Assembly (NCBI GenBank): GCA_964016885.1
Contig: OZ024741.1
Span: 272,118,001 to 272,182,000, forward strand
Reading direction: 5' to 3'
Source: Eledone cirrhosa
Lineage: Eukaryota
Length of the DNA stretch: 64,000 nucleotides
In this document: piece after piece, positions 1 to 11,897 of the stretch
Numbering within the stretch: position 1 is the first letter of the stretch
Layout of the letters: each line of letters opens with the position of its first letter
Position numbers and translations under genes: made by a program
Notes under the pieces: generated by a model
What the model saw: the letters and a program-made list of their open reading frames with translations, nothing else
Databases searched by the model: none
Told to the model about the DNA's origin: nothing

Positions 1-577
1 GCCTAGCAATCCTGAACACCTCACGTTTTTGGTCCTCGCGTTGTAGAACATGCTTGAACTTTCTTTCCTCTGCTTCCCTTCTTGCGAAGTACACTTGTCT
101 CCTAGCCTCCCTCCTGGCCACTTGATAGTCTTCTCTACTTCCCCCATCCCGCCATACTTTCCAAGCCTGCTTTTTGGCCTTAATTGACCTCTCCACCCTA
201 CTGTTCCACCACCATGTTACTCTCCTCCTGCCTACAGGCCTGCTCCAGCCACAGACTTCGTCTGTCGCCATCAGCAGGTTTGCTTTCAGAAATTCCCACT
301 GTCCCTCTATATTGTCCGACTCTAAATGCTCTTCCTTACTGTCGAAAGCATCAAGTAATATGCTTTGAAATTTATTTCTGGCTGTGGGGTCCTTTAGCTT
401 CCATATTTTTCTCCTGAGGATAGTCCTCTTCTGCTGTCGAGTACGTCTCGTCCTGACTATGAGGTCGCTAATTATCAGTCTATGTTGGGAGGTGCATTCT
501 TCATGGGGGAGGGATTTAGTGTTTACAACAGACACTCTGTCACGTCTTCTGGTAAGGATATAATCTACCTGGCTTGT
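1..577 (-). mobile_element. RTE-clade LINE fragment (end of APE domain and linker), 5'-truncated at a (TA)n tract
   Basis: The reverse complement aligns with 55840-56400 of the long RTE copy (e.g. GCCAG.TAGATTATATCCTTAC.AGAAGACG and AGTTCAAGCATGTTCTACAAC). It runs off the window start. Confidence 0.9.
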
Positions 578-620
578 GTATATATATATATATAATTATA
601 ATATGTATATATATGTATAC

Positions 621-2082
621 ATATATATAAAACTGAAATTGTCTGTGTGTCCATGTCCTCATTTTTGAGAAAGTCTATACAAATCCACATTTCTACTCCG
701 ATTGACTTCAAACTTGCATTTATATATTCCTTGCGGTCTAAAGATATTAACTGTAGCTTTTATTTTTCAATTTTCTGTTGTTAAAGGCGTGTTAGGCGCC
801 GGTTATCGATCTCTCTCTCTTTCTTTGTCTGTGTTTTTAGATAGATACATAGCTATAACTTCGCGCCCTTATAATATCTGTCTGTATGTCTGGCTGTCTG
901 CATTATGACGTTATGACAAATATTGTTCTCATTGCTGATGTATTATCTTCGCTATTTTCCATTCATTGCTAGGGAACGTCTTCACGAACCAAAGTATCGT
1001 CTTCCTGTTTTCCTTCAGTTGCAACGTTTTTCGAAATATTTACTTCTGCGTTCACAGATTGATTTTTTTAGTTTCAGAAGATCCCGTTAAGGGTGAAAGC
1101 AGTGATTCTTTGCTTAAACTTTAATTTGTTATTTTAATATATATTTATATATATATATGTATAATTATATATTTGTGTACAGATATTTTTGCAGACACAA
1201 AAACAAAATATAAACAAACTTTTTTATTTAACGAAAGCACAGACGGCTTATTGTTATTGTTACTGCCGATAAGCCACCCCAAAAGTCCCACATATTTTGG
1301 CACAAGGCCAGCAATTACATAGTTAACGGTTCGGAAATCACATGCATCACTGACAAGTTTACTCCTTACTCTACCAGTTAATCTTAGTGTACTTCGTCCT
1401 GCTTTTAGGTCATGCCTCGAAGGAAGAGATACTCCATTGGCCGAAATACTGCGAAAGCGGCAAGAAAAAGAACAAGGAGGGCAAACGAATCGTCAGTGGA
1501 ATCTGCTATTCGACGGTTGCAAGATGCTGAACGTACTGCCACCAGAAGAGCACTTGAAACAGACAACCAACGAACCATTCGCCAAACCGTGTCAGCTTTG
1601 CAATGTCTATCAACAAATCCCAGGGTCAGGCCCTAGCTGTTGCTGGTCTTCTTTTGGAAGAGTCATGTTTTTCACACGGGCAACTATGCATTGGCTGCTC
1701 AAGAGTGGGATGCAAGACAAATCTCTTTGCATATGCCCGACATGGAAGAACAAGGAACATTGTGTACAAGGAGGTGCTACAATCATTGTTTAGGTAGACG
1801 AAGCAGAAGGGGATATACACGATTGGCTGAAGAAAGACGAGACTGTGTTAATAGTACGACCCAATGGTTGCTATCACACCAACAAAACGACAACAAAAAA
1901 GAGAGGGAACGCAATTACATGCTTTTGAAAAATCTTAATGGAAAATTATTTGCCTAAGCACAAAATGTAGACACTATCCCAAGGCCGAGGTATTCTGTAT
2001 TTCTCTGTACTGTTTCAGAAAGGAGGAATAAACTTGCCAATCTATGTTTAGAAGCCCGTGCAATGCCGGGCCATTCTGCTAG
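621..2082 (+). mobile_element. Internally deleted non-autonomous Helitron
   Basis: 3' end has a GC hairpin GCCCG-TGCAATGC-CGGGC followed about 7 nt later by CTAG|T. It contains a RepHel-like N-terminus (MPRRKRYSIGRNTAKAARKR, from 1412) and Pif1 helicase C-terminal motifs (FAMSINKSQGQ..FSHGQL...SRV..TRNIVYKEVL, about 1597-1797). The 5' TC is obscured by (TA)n. Confidence 0.88.
1412..1797 (+). pseudogene. Helitron Rep/helicase remnant (N-terminus joined out of frame to helicase motifs V/VI)
   Basis: ORFs 1412..1636 and 1603..1797. The deletion junction is near 1585; the Rep domain and most of the helicase are absent. Confidence 0.85.
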
Positions 2083-2253
2083 TATATATAATGATAATAT
2101 GTACGTATATGTATATATAAATATATATATAAAATTATAAAATTATAATATATATATATATATATATAATTATATGTATATATATATATAAAATTATAAT
2201 ATGTATATATATATGTATATATATATGTATATATATATGTATGTATATATATG

Positions 2254-2284
<31 letters not shown>

Positions 2285-2364
2285 GTATATGTATATATAT
2301 ATGTATATACATATATATGTATGTATATATATGTATATATATATATATATGTATATATATGTAT

Positions 2365-3892
2365 TGTTATACTTGGGGAGGGTCATATTTGTGTAATATT
2401 GCCAGAATTAATAACAGAACACACTCACTGTTTGGTTGGTTTTCGCTTCTCGCTCTCTTTTATATCGGTAATCTAACTTACTCGGTCCTCAATGTTGCCA
2501 TTGACTGACCGACGGTCAAAAATAATACAGATACAATATAGACACAAACACATATATATAGTTTATCATAAATCTTTCGTTGCACATCTGCAACATCGTC
2601 AGTGGTGTTATATTTTCCTCCTGTTGTGTTGTATGTCTACGCCATTTTTATTCAGTCTGTCTATATATTTATTTATTTATTTGCTTGTTTGTTTATTTTA
2701 TCTTGTCTTCTTTGCGCATGCGTTTGCGTGTGTGTATAGTGTTTTGTTTGCTGTGTGATGGGTGACTAGTGTGTGTTTATGTGCTTGTTGTTATTGTGCT
2801 TGTGTATGTATTTATTTATTTATTTATTTTATTTACTTATTTATACTTCTCTTAGGTCAGTGTTGTTTGTTTGGGTGTTGTTGTTATTCCATTCATTCTT
2901 TCTGTTTAGCCTTGGTCTTCTAATTTCTATTTCACTGGCCTCTCTGATTTGCCTATCTGCTGGGTCATTTCTATGTTTAGATATTATTCTAATTTCTATG
3001 TTGTCTATGTTACCGTCATGTTGTTGTCTAGCATGTTCGTATAGTACTGACCCGTTTTTTTCATCCTTTTAGTTCCCTCCAGTGTTGGTCTATCCTTTCA
3101 CCTATGCTACGAGCTGTCTCACCTATGTATGTTGTTATCATGATTCTGCAAGTACCCTCTGTACATCTTATACTATAGACTACGTTTCTAGTTTTACAGT
3201 TTATTCGGGGTTCACCTTACATATGATACATTTCCTATTGGTACAGTGGGTTTTCTTAAAAGGGTAGGTTTTGCTGATCAGGGATTTTATGGTGGTTCCT
3301 GGCTTTTCTACCACCTTTATTTTTAAGTGGGTCTTTCTCAGGGCCTTTCTACACTGATTAGCTAATTTCCCTCCAGGGGTGGCGTCCACAAACATGACAC
3401 TCTGGTATCTCTGGTTGTCGTACCATGAGGTGGCTTTCCCTATCTTATGTCTAGCCCTATCTAAGCTATTCCATGATTTGCTCCTGTATAATGGGCAAAT
3501 TCCTTTCATGTCCAGTTCTATGAGGGTCTTATACTTTTCCATGGCTCCTTCGTATACTCTGACTCTGTCTCTTTGGTTGTAGCCAGAGAACTGCATGCGG
3601 TTGATGAAGTGTTGGATGTGTCTTTCCATTTCTGTTGGGTCGCACATGCGGGACACATTCTTCATCACTCGTACCAAATCTGCGATCAGAATATTAAACT
3701 TAGCACTACTGGACATTGCTGAGTTTTTGAGTATCAGGTATTTGGAGGCCATGGGTTTAGCATGGGTTTAACACTATAGACGAGAGAGCCCAAATTCTCC
3801 ACTCACACTATGCTAAACCCATGGCCTCCAAATACCTGATACTCAAAAACTCAGCAATGTCCAGTAGTGCTAAGTTTAATATTCTGATCGCC
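2365..3892 (-). mobile_element. 5'-truncated Penelope-like element: RT thumb, Cys-rich linker, GIY-YIG endonuclease, 3' tail with hammerhead motif
   Basis: ORF 3201..3752 ends CTNRKCIICK. After a frameshift it reads INCKTRNVVYSIRC..TYIGETARSIGERIDQH..*..YEH...H...RQIREA...LNRKNEW (about 3203-2885). A hammerhead-like motif lies at 2566-2606 and a 5' inverted duplication at 3682-3892. Confidence 0.88.
2566..2606 (-). ncRNA. Minimal type-I hammerhead ribozyme-like motif
   Basis: Minus strand reads CCA-CTGACGA-T-GTTGCA(GATG)TGCAAC-GAAA-GATT-TA-TGA. Stem II is a perfect 6 bp; stem I is weak. Confidence 0.6.
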
Positions 3893-3928
3893 GCTATATA
3901 TATGTATATATATATATATATATGTATG

Positions 3929-4083
<155 letters not shown>

Positions 4084-4084
4084 G

Positions 4085-4117
<33 letters not shown>

Positions 4118-4230
4118 GTATATATATGTATATATATATGATGGAAAAATTTGAACAGGGACAAAACAGAGAGGCAGTACAACGAATGTTTGTTAATTTC
4201 ACGCTCTGGAGAGTGGGGTGTTGGTGGGGG

Positions 4231-4262
4231 ACGACGTTTCGGGCATAAGCCCTTCCTCAGGT
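4231..4262 (-). ncRNA. Minimal type-I hammerhead ribozyme-like motif in a Penelope-type tail (about 4143-4320)
   Basis: Minus strand reads AC-CTGAGGA-A-GGGC(TTAT)GCCC-GAAA-C-GTC-GT, with a palindromic ACGT helix III and a GUC cleavage triplet. Confidence 0.65.
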
Positions 4263-5424
4263 GAGAAGTGTGTGGGAACAGAGTTCAAAGGGTGTGTAGG
4301 GGAGTGGTGGAGAGACATATAGCGAAAGGAAACGGTGCGAATGAAAAAAATAAAAATAAAATTAAAAATAAAGCATGATCAAAATACAAGGAATGAAATA
4401 AATTTAAATATAAAAGCATGCTCAAAATAACTGAAATTAAACGGGGGGTAAAACAGGCGGTGGAAGGGTGTGGGGTGTGTAGGGGTGGTGGAGGGTCGAG
4501 TGGGGAGAGGGAGACGGGGTGTCCGAGCGGGGAGGGCTGAAGGTGGTGTGTGTGTGTAGGTGTACGTGTGTGTGTGTATGTGAAAGTAAGGGTTGGGGGA
4601 AGAACGGGGTTGCATGTTCAGGAAGAGGTGTGGGGGGGGGGGGTCGGAGTGTCTGTGCGTGTGTGGATAGAGGGGTGGGTGGGGGAGGAATCAGGAGGCT
4701 GAGGGTGTAAATATGTGGTGGAAAGCACGTGTGTATGGGGTTTAAGCGTGTTGTAGGTGGCGTGTGGAGAAACAAATTTTTTGGGGGTGTGTGTGTGGGT
4801 GTTATATATAGGTGATTACGTAAGAGTATGGTTGAAAAGTTGGTAAAATCCGAAGGTGTTTAGTGGATTCTGTGGTGGTCAATTTCTGCCTGCGAGTATT
4901 CCATGAAGCGATGGTCGGAAGAGGAGAGATGTGGGGTGCGCGCGCAACAGGAAGTGGTCAAGCAGTGGGAGTGCTGTGTGTCTGTTTGTGCTGGGAGGTG
5001 GTCAGAGGGCATAGCAGCAGTCGGTGGAATGGTAAGGGGGCGAGGATGGGTAGGTGTGAAAGTGGGAGTGAGGAGGGTGTGTGTGTGTGTATTAGTAGAG
5101 GTGTTAGTGGGATGAGTGAGTGTGGAGCGAGGGTGTGGGTGGAGCAGGGAGAGAAGGGTGTGTGTGGTTCTATGGAGGGAGTGTGGTGTACTGGTGTGTG
5201 TGTAGTTTGATGAAGGGGTGTTAGTGGGTGTTAGTATACGGGAGGTGGGGAGGGGTTGAATGCAAGTGTGAGTGGGGGTTAGTGGTGGTAGGGTGTTTAG
5301 AGTTGGTGGTGTACGAGGGTGTGTGGGTACGTGTGCGTGGGGTTGGGGGGTGTTAGTGATGTTAGTTGCGTGTGGGGTGGGTGGTGTAAGTGGGTGCGTG
5401 TGTTCGTGTGCTTGGGGTTAGGGG

Positions 5425-5579
5425 GTATATATATGTATATATATATATAATTATATGTATATATATGTATATATATAGATATTTACATGTGTATATGTAT
5501 ATGTGTATATATATATTTGTGTATATATGTATGTGTATATATATATATATATATGTGTATATATGTATATGTGTATATA

Positions 5580-5612
<33 letters not shown>

Positions 5613-5699
5613 GAGTATATATATATGTACATATATATATGTATATATATGTATATATATGTATATATATATATATATATGTACATATATATATGTATA

Positions 5700-5749
<50 letters not shown>

Positions 5750-5829
5750 TATATATATATGTATATATATATGTATATATGAGTATATATATATGTATAT
5801 ATATATGTATATATGTATGTATATATATG

Positions 5830-5860
<31 letters not shown>

Positions 5861-5941
5861 GTATAGATGCATATATGTATATATATATATGTATATATGT
5901 ATATGTGTATATATATATATGTATATATATATGTATACGTG

Positions 5942-5974
<33 letters not shown>

Positions 5975-6422
5975 GTATATATATATATGTATACGTGTAT
6001 ATATATATGTATATATATATATATATATGTATACGTGTATATATATATATATGTATACGTGTATATATATATATATATATATAATATGTATATATATATG
6101 TATATATGTATATGTATATATGTATGTATATATGTATATATGTATATATATATGTATATATGCATATATGTAGATATGTATATATGCATATATGTAAATA
6201 TGTATATATGCATTTATGTAGATATGTATATGTATGTATATATATGTATATATGTATATGTTTTTATATATATATATATATAATTATAACATGTATATAT
6301 GTATATGTTTTTATATATATATATATAATTATAACATGTATATATGTATATGTTTTTATATATATATATATATATATAATTATAACATGTATATATGTAT
6401 ATGTTTTTATATATATATATAT
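5425..6422. repeat. Long compound (TA)n/(TATG)n microsatellite ending in a minisatellite of about 45-50 bp
   Basis: Directly visible. The unit ATAATTATAACATGTATATATGTATATGTTTTTATA(TA)n repeats over 6250-6420 and recurs near 8667. Confidence 0.9.
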
Positions 6423-6506
6423 GCAAAAGTTCTATTTAAATTGTTGGGATACAACAAGCAAATATTATTATAACTGATATAAAGCACTCGACAAATATTT
6501 GGAGTA

Positions 6507-6847
6507 GATATACGATATTAATAAATGGAAACTATATTTATAAAACCATATTTATTTCATTATATATATTTCAAGGATACCAAGTTAAATCATGGTATGC
6601 CTTCATCAGACAAAATACAATATATAACAGTTTTACAAATAGATATTGACGTATCCTTTCAAAAAGGTGACCGTTGTTTTCCAAAAACAACGGTCACCTT
6701 TTTGAAAGGGTACGTCAATATCTATTTGTAAAACTGTTATATATTGTATTTTGTCTGATGAAGGCATACCATGATTTAACTTGGTATCCTTGAAATATAT
6801 ATAATGAAATAAATATGGTTTTATAAATATAATTTCCATTTATTAAT

Positions 6848-6857
<10 letters not shown>
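6507..6857. repeat. Near-perfect palindrome of about 350 bp with a hammerhead-like motif in each arm
   Basis: Centre is GGTGACCGTTGTTTT-CCA-AAAACAACGGTCACC (about 6682). ORFs 6525..6731(+) and 6633..6839(-) are near-identical mirror images. CTGATGA-AGGCATACCA...TGGTATCCT-TGAAA lies at about 6755-6795. Confidence 0.9.
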
Positions 6858-6888
<31 letters not shown>

Positions 6889-7112
6889 GAAGTAAGAATA
6901 TTTTCGAAACAGCGAGCGAGTTTGAAATTATAAATGTAAGCTATCGTTGTATTTTGACTAAAGAAATTAAAGAAAATTATTTAGCCTGACAGTGGGGTTA
7001 AGAACCCTCGGAGAAATGGAAAAAGATGAGTATTGACGTACATGTTTTTGAAAAACAAGATGGCAGAGGACAGAACAAAGGAGAGGCACAAAACAAAGAA
7101 AAAAATCCCCAG

Positions 7113-7153
7113 CCACTGAAGTGGTCACAGAATGTGTGACGAAAGAACTTTGA
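7113..7153 (+). ncRNA. Degenerate hammerhead-like motif in a Penelope-type tail related to 2365-2606
   Basis: CCA-CTGAAGT-G-GTCACA(GAATG)TGTGAC-GAAA-GAAC-TT-TGA. The downstream TGACCCTCCC.AAGTATAACAATA (about 7261) is also present at the end of the 2365 element. Confidence 0.5.
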
Positions 7154-7464
7154 CAATATATGAACAACCAACCGGAAATTTATAAATTTTTAAATTTATA
7201 ATTTAATTCATAATAAATTGAAGTGAAAGCAACTGGTGCGTGTGTTTCTTATTGGCAACATGACCCTCCCAAAGTATAACAATATCAGTTTCAACACACG
7301 TTTTCAGATAAAGAATCTTGCTAAACAAATTCAGAAACAAAATATATATTTATATACTTATGTAATTGTTAATTACCTCGACGTTACCCTCAATTTGTTG
7401 AATGGCTTGCACTACCCATATAGAAAGCCGAATAATACACTTAATTACATAAGTAAGCATACTA

Positions 7465-8657
7465 GGATAAATTTGGGTTTAAAACCTATAATAACCCTCC
7501 GAGTAACCCAGCATTGCTACCCTTCGAAAATGATGTCTTGGAACTCATACGGAGTATCAAATTTCAGAATAGGAGCAATTCCTTCCAGCAGGACCTGAAG
7601 AATAGAATTCGTTCTATTAATGATTCTAATGCCGTGCACGTCCACTCCAACAAAACTGGCAATCTATATCAAGTGGAGTACAGTACTTACCATCAACTGC
7701 TACATAATGCTGTAACTAAGGATTACCGTAAAACTAATCGGAGCGTCATTAATGAAATCAACGATGCTGGTTTTAAAATCACCTCTGATCTCAACATCTT
7801 GGACCGGACTGAACCTCTGGACCCTATTTTTCCCCACTTTACCCTGAAGGATCACAAATCCAATTTTCCGAACAACCCCTCTATTCGACTTATTAACCCT
7901 ACGAAGTCCGATTTAGGTAGACTTAGTAAAAGGATTTTAGATAGAATTATACCTGAAATTTGAAGTTTGGCCCCTCTTGCACTGTGGAACAATTCTATCG
8001 CAGTGATTGATTGGTTCAACGGCATATGCAACAAGGAACATTGCCGTTTTATCCAATTCGATATCAACAATTACTACTCCTCCATCACTTTACCACTTCT
8101 CCTTAGAGCTATCAATTTCGCTAAAACACTCACAGTGGTTAAGGATTTCGAAGTTGATGTCATCCTCAATGCCCGTAAGTCGGTGATTAATTTCGATGAC
8201 TCTATTTGGATTAAAAAATCTAATAGTACCCCATTCGACGTGAGTATGGGCGCAGGCGATTCTGCGGAGGTTACTGATCTTATCGGCCTTTTCCTTCTTT
8301 TCTCTATCAAGGAAGAATTCCCCAATGTGGGCAGTGGTTTGTACCGTGATGACGGTCTTTTGACCATAACTAAGTGCGGACCTCGTGCTTGCGACAGGTT
8401 CAGAAAAGAACTCACAGCCTTCTTTAAAGGCTTCAACCTCTCGGTTGAGGCCAACCTCTCGGTCGTTAATTACCTCAACGTTACCCTCAATTTGTCGAAT
8501 GGCTTGCACTACCCATATAGAAAGCCGAATGATACGCTTAATTACCTAAGTAAGCATTCTAACCATCCTGCCAGCATAACCAAGAACCTGGTAAGAAACG
8601 TTTCTTTGAGGCTTTCCCGTCTATCTACAAACGAGCATATTTTCACCGACCATTCCA
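7465..8657 (+). mobile_element. Penelope-like element, Naiad/Chlamys-type reverse transcriptase fragment
   Basis: Reads FGFKTYNNPP..LLPFENDV..KTGNLY..FTLKDHKSNFPNNPSIRLINPTKSDLG..FIQFDINNYYSSI..FDVSMGAGDSAEV..GLYRDDGL..YLNVTLNL..PYRKPN..SNHP in one frame, with a single TGA at 7961. Truncated at (TA)n. Confidence 0.88.
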
Positions 8658-8945
8658 TATATATATATAATTATAACATGTATATATGTATATGTTTGTA
8701 TATATATATGAAAATAGGGAGAAAAAGACGATTATTAGGAAGAAATTTTTTTTTTTTTTTGCTTTTATTTTTCTCTTTTTCTGGGTTAGAAAATGTTTAA
8801 AACAAAATATTTTACTTTGTGTGAAGTGTTAAGGTATTAGTTAATTTATTTATTAGTTAACAATGGCATTTATTTATTTATGTATATATATATAATTATA
8901 ATATGTATATATATATATGTATATATATATGTATATATATATAAT

Positions 8946-9288
8946 GGAGGCACATGGCTTAGTGGTTAGAGCATTGGCCTTGCAATCGAAAGGTTGTGAG
9001 TTCAATTCTCAGACCGGGTGATGTGTTGTTTCCTTGAGCAAGACACTTTATTTCACATTGCTCCAGTTTACTCAGCTGTAGAAATGAGATGATAGGGACT
9101 GGGGTCCCTATCATTCCACTGCAAAGTGGTCATGGAGATGCCACGGAAAAAAAAGCACCCAGCACTCACTGTAAATGAGGTTGGTGTTAAGAAGGACATC
9201 CAGCTGTAGAAATCAAGCCAGAATCAGTTCCCGTCCCACCCTTGCAAGCAGGGAAAAGTGGACGTAAAATGATGATGATGATGATGAT
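8946..9288 (+). mobile_element. tRNA-derived SINE with CORE-like centre and RTE-derived tail (full length)
   Basis: A box TGGCTTAGTGG, B box GTGAGTTCAATTC, CORE-like CCTTGAGCAAGACACTT..CAGCTGTAGAAATG, RTE-shared GGTTGGTGTTA.GAAGG.CATCCAGC and a (GAT)n end. Near-identical copies are at 38233 and 58639. Confidence 0.88.
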
Positions 9289-9565
9289 ATTATATGTATA
9301 TATATATGTGTGTGTGTGTATTATGGTGTGTGTGTATTATGTCAGAAACTATTTAAATCATATAATAGGGTAACAATGATAGATTTTAGTCTTGTTTAGA
9401 CATGTTTTGACAATTCTAGTGGAGGTGTATGTATGTATGTGTGTATATATGTATGTGTGTGCATATGTCTGGGTGTGTATGTATGTGTGTATGTATATAT
9501 GTTTATTTATATATATATATTTAAATGAATATACATATATATAAACTGCAAGTATACATGTACAA

Positions 9566-9755
9566 TAATTGTTTCTACTTTTGGCACAAGGCCAGCAATT
9601 ACCCAGTACATTACTGGTACTTTATTTTATCGACCCAGTAAGGATGAAAGGCAAAGTTAACCTCGGCGGGATTTGAACTCAGAATGGTAAGGGACGTAAC
9701 TCTATGCTTCAAAGCATGGCATCCAACCCTCTACCGATACTGCCAATCCACTGTC
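9566..9755 (-). mobile_element. Second tRNA-derived SINE family (Meta-domain-like centre)
   Basis: Minus strand: GTGGATTGGCAGTATCGGTAGAG..GAGTTCAAATCCCGCCGAGGTTAACTTTGCCTTTCATCC..GTCGATAAAATAAAGTACCAG. Further copies at about 18920, 31705, 47283, 49570, 49727, 55068, 61590, 62255 and 62447. Confidence 0.82.
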
Positions 9756-9937
9756 TAGTTTTATGTATGTATATTGCACTTCAAATTCATCATTGTACTC
9801 ATTGCCAATCTATGTCTTGCTGGCTGCACCTCAGTACATTCAGTTACACCAAATGGATTAGCTGGGGTGGGGTGTGACAGAACTTCTTTAGATCACAAAT
9901 GCCTGGTATAGAGGCTTATTCTTAGCTACGTACTTCT

Positions 9938-10310
9938 TATAATAATAATAATAAGGAAATTATAGTGAACAGTGCTCAAGTGCACTACAACTCATCAAAG
10001 GTGCATGTATAGTACATAGACTAATGTACAAATGTCAGGGAAGTGAAGAGTGTAGGAGTCCTGATATACACAGACACATGCATGCGTGTGTACAGAGGTG
10101 GAATATCAGGTGTAGTGTTGGTGAATTTCGGGAAGGATGGAAATTTTGAAGGGTGCAGTGTCCCGACAGCCAACAACTGATGCAGGTAGTTTGTTCCATG
10201 CTTCAGCAACTCTGAGAGTGGAAAAATGCTTCCGAGAGTCATGGGAGCTGTGCTGTTTTCTGATTTTGTAACGTCCATGAGTGTTAGACACATGCAATTC
10301 AAAAAGGTGC
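9938..10310 (-). mobile_element. CR1-clade LINE 3' end
   Basis: Encodes SNTHGRYKIRKQHSSHDSRKHFSTLRVAEAWNKLP, homologous to 14940-15290, with a (TTA)n tail. Confidence 0.88.
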
Positions 10311-10319
10311 AGTTGTCTC

Positions 10320-10545
10320 ACAAGGAAGAGGACATCAGTAGTACCCCTTACCTGGCATAAAACTGAACTGCATCGCATCTAGCTTGATTTTTGTCTCTAT
10401 GTAGTTATGCTATAATTGTTTCGCTAACCTTTATGCCCAGGCTCATCAAATTGATGTCTCTGTAGTTACTCTTCTCTAATTTGTCACCTTTGCCCTTGTA
10501 ATAGTTTACACTGAATCTGCTACACCAGATATCTTGTTATTGACA
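10320..10545 (-). mobile_element. Old degenerate RTE RT relic
   Basis: Minus strand shows the remnants NYYKGKGD..NYR.INL and QF.FMPGKGTTD, with frameshifts. Confidence 0.65.
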
Positions 10546-11126
10546 ATCTAGTCCTTCCAATTGATGGTTTAGATCTTCCTGGAGCAAAGGATGTGAAACT
10601 GTTCGAACCTTCCAACGTGGGAGGATGGAAGATGTGGTTTGTGACGATGATGATGATGATGGTGATAGCGGTGATGATGATGGTGATGGTGGTTTGTAAT
10701 GTTGGTGGTGATGGTAATGGTGACAGTGATGATGGTGGTGGTAATGGTGATGGTAGTGGTAATGGTGATGGTGATTGTGATGATGGTGGTGGTAATGGTG
10801 ATGGTGGTGGTAATAGTGATGGTGATGATGGTGGTGGTAATGGTGATGGTGATTTTGTTTCTACCTCACCACCAGTAAAGATATCCTAAACCAACAATGA
10901 TACAGTCTAAAAGGTCATTCATTGTATAGCATGTCAACTGTGAGTGACTTTTCCTTCTTCCTATCTCTGATTTAACCACATAACCTCATTCCTCATCAAG
11001 TTCTCTTCACTTCCTCTAGTCTTCAATACTTCTCTAGATACTCTATATATATAGTCTCCTCCTCTCCATCTTCCTCTCCGCTACAGTTTTATATTATTTT
11101 ACTGCTTTCAGTACTTGCCATCGACG

Positions 11127-11162
<36 letters not shown>

Positions 11163-11897
11163 CCATCGTCATCATCATCATTATTCTCTTCATCATCATC
11201 ATCATCATCATCATTATTCTCTTCATCGTCATCATTCTCATCATCGTCAATATCATCATTCTCATCATCATCATCATCCTCATCATCATCATTCTCAGCA
11301 TCATCATCATCATCAGCAGCAACCTGACCATCACCATCATCATTATCATTCTCATCATCGTGATAATCATCACCATCATCATTCTCGTCGTTGTCGTCAT
11401 CATCACCATCATCATTCTCATCATCAGCAGCAACTTCACCACCACCACCATCATCACCATCATCCTCATCATTGTCATAATCACCATCATCATCATCATC
11501 ATCATCATTTTACATTGTTTATGTTTTTTTCTTCTCTGGGTTAGACAGTAGACCCCTATGTCCACCATATATCATTATAGTCCTCCATCAGCTGGCATGT
11601 GGTCTAATGGTTAAACTGTTGGACTGATAATCATGAGGTTATGAGTTCGATTCCTGAATTAGGCACGTTGTATCCTTGAGCAAGATGTTTCATTTCAGTG
11701 TTCCAGTTCACTCAACTGGTAAAATTAAAATGAGTACCAGCAACAGCAGCAGCAGCAGCAGCAGGAGGTTAACTCCTGGACCAGACTTGTGTTCTATTCA
11801 TGATAGGATAGAAGCCCTTATTAAAAGATGTGACAAACCCCCTATGAGATACCACCTCTTTGGAGGCCAGCTAAACCTATATAGATGTGATCTGTAT

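Noticed and set aside
4440-5425. GT-rich region upstream of the 4231 hammerhead as a possible coding part of a PLE
   Set aside because: I could not recognise GIY-YIG or RT motifs in the frames I read, so it is left unassigned.
8946-9020. tRNA gene
   Set aside because: The A and B boxes are the head of a multi-copy SINE that continues into CORE-like and RTE-tail sequence.
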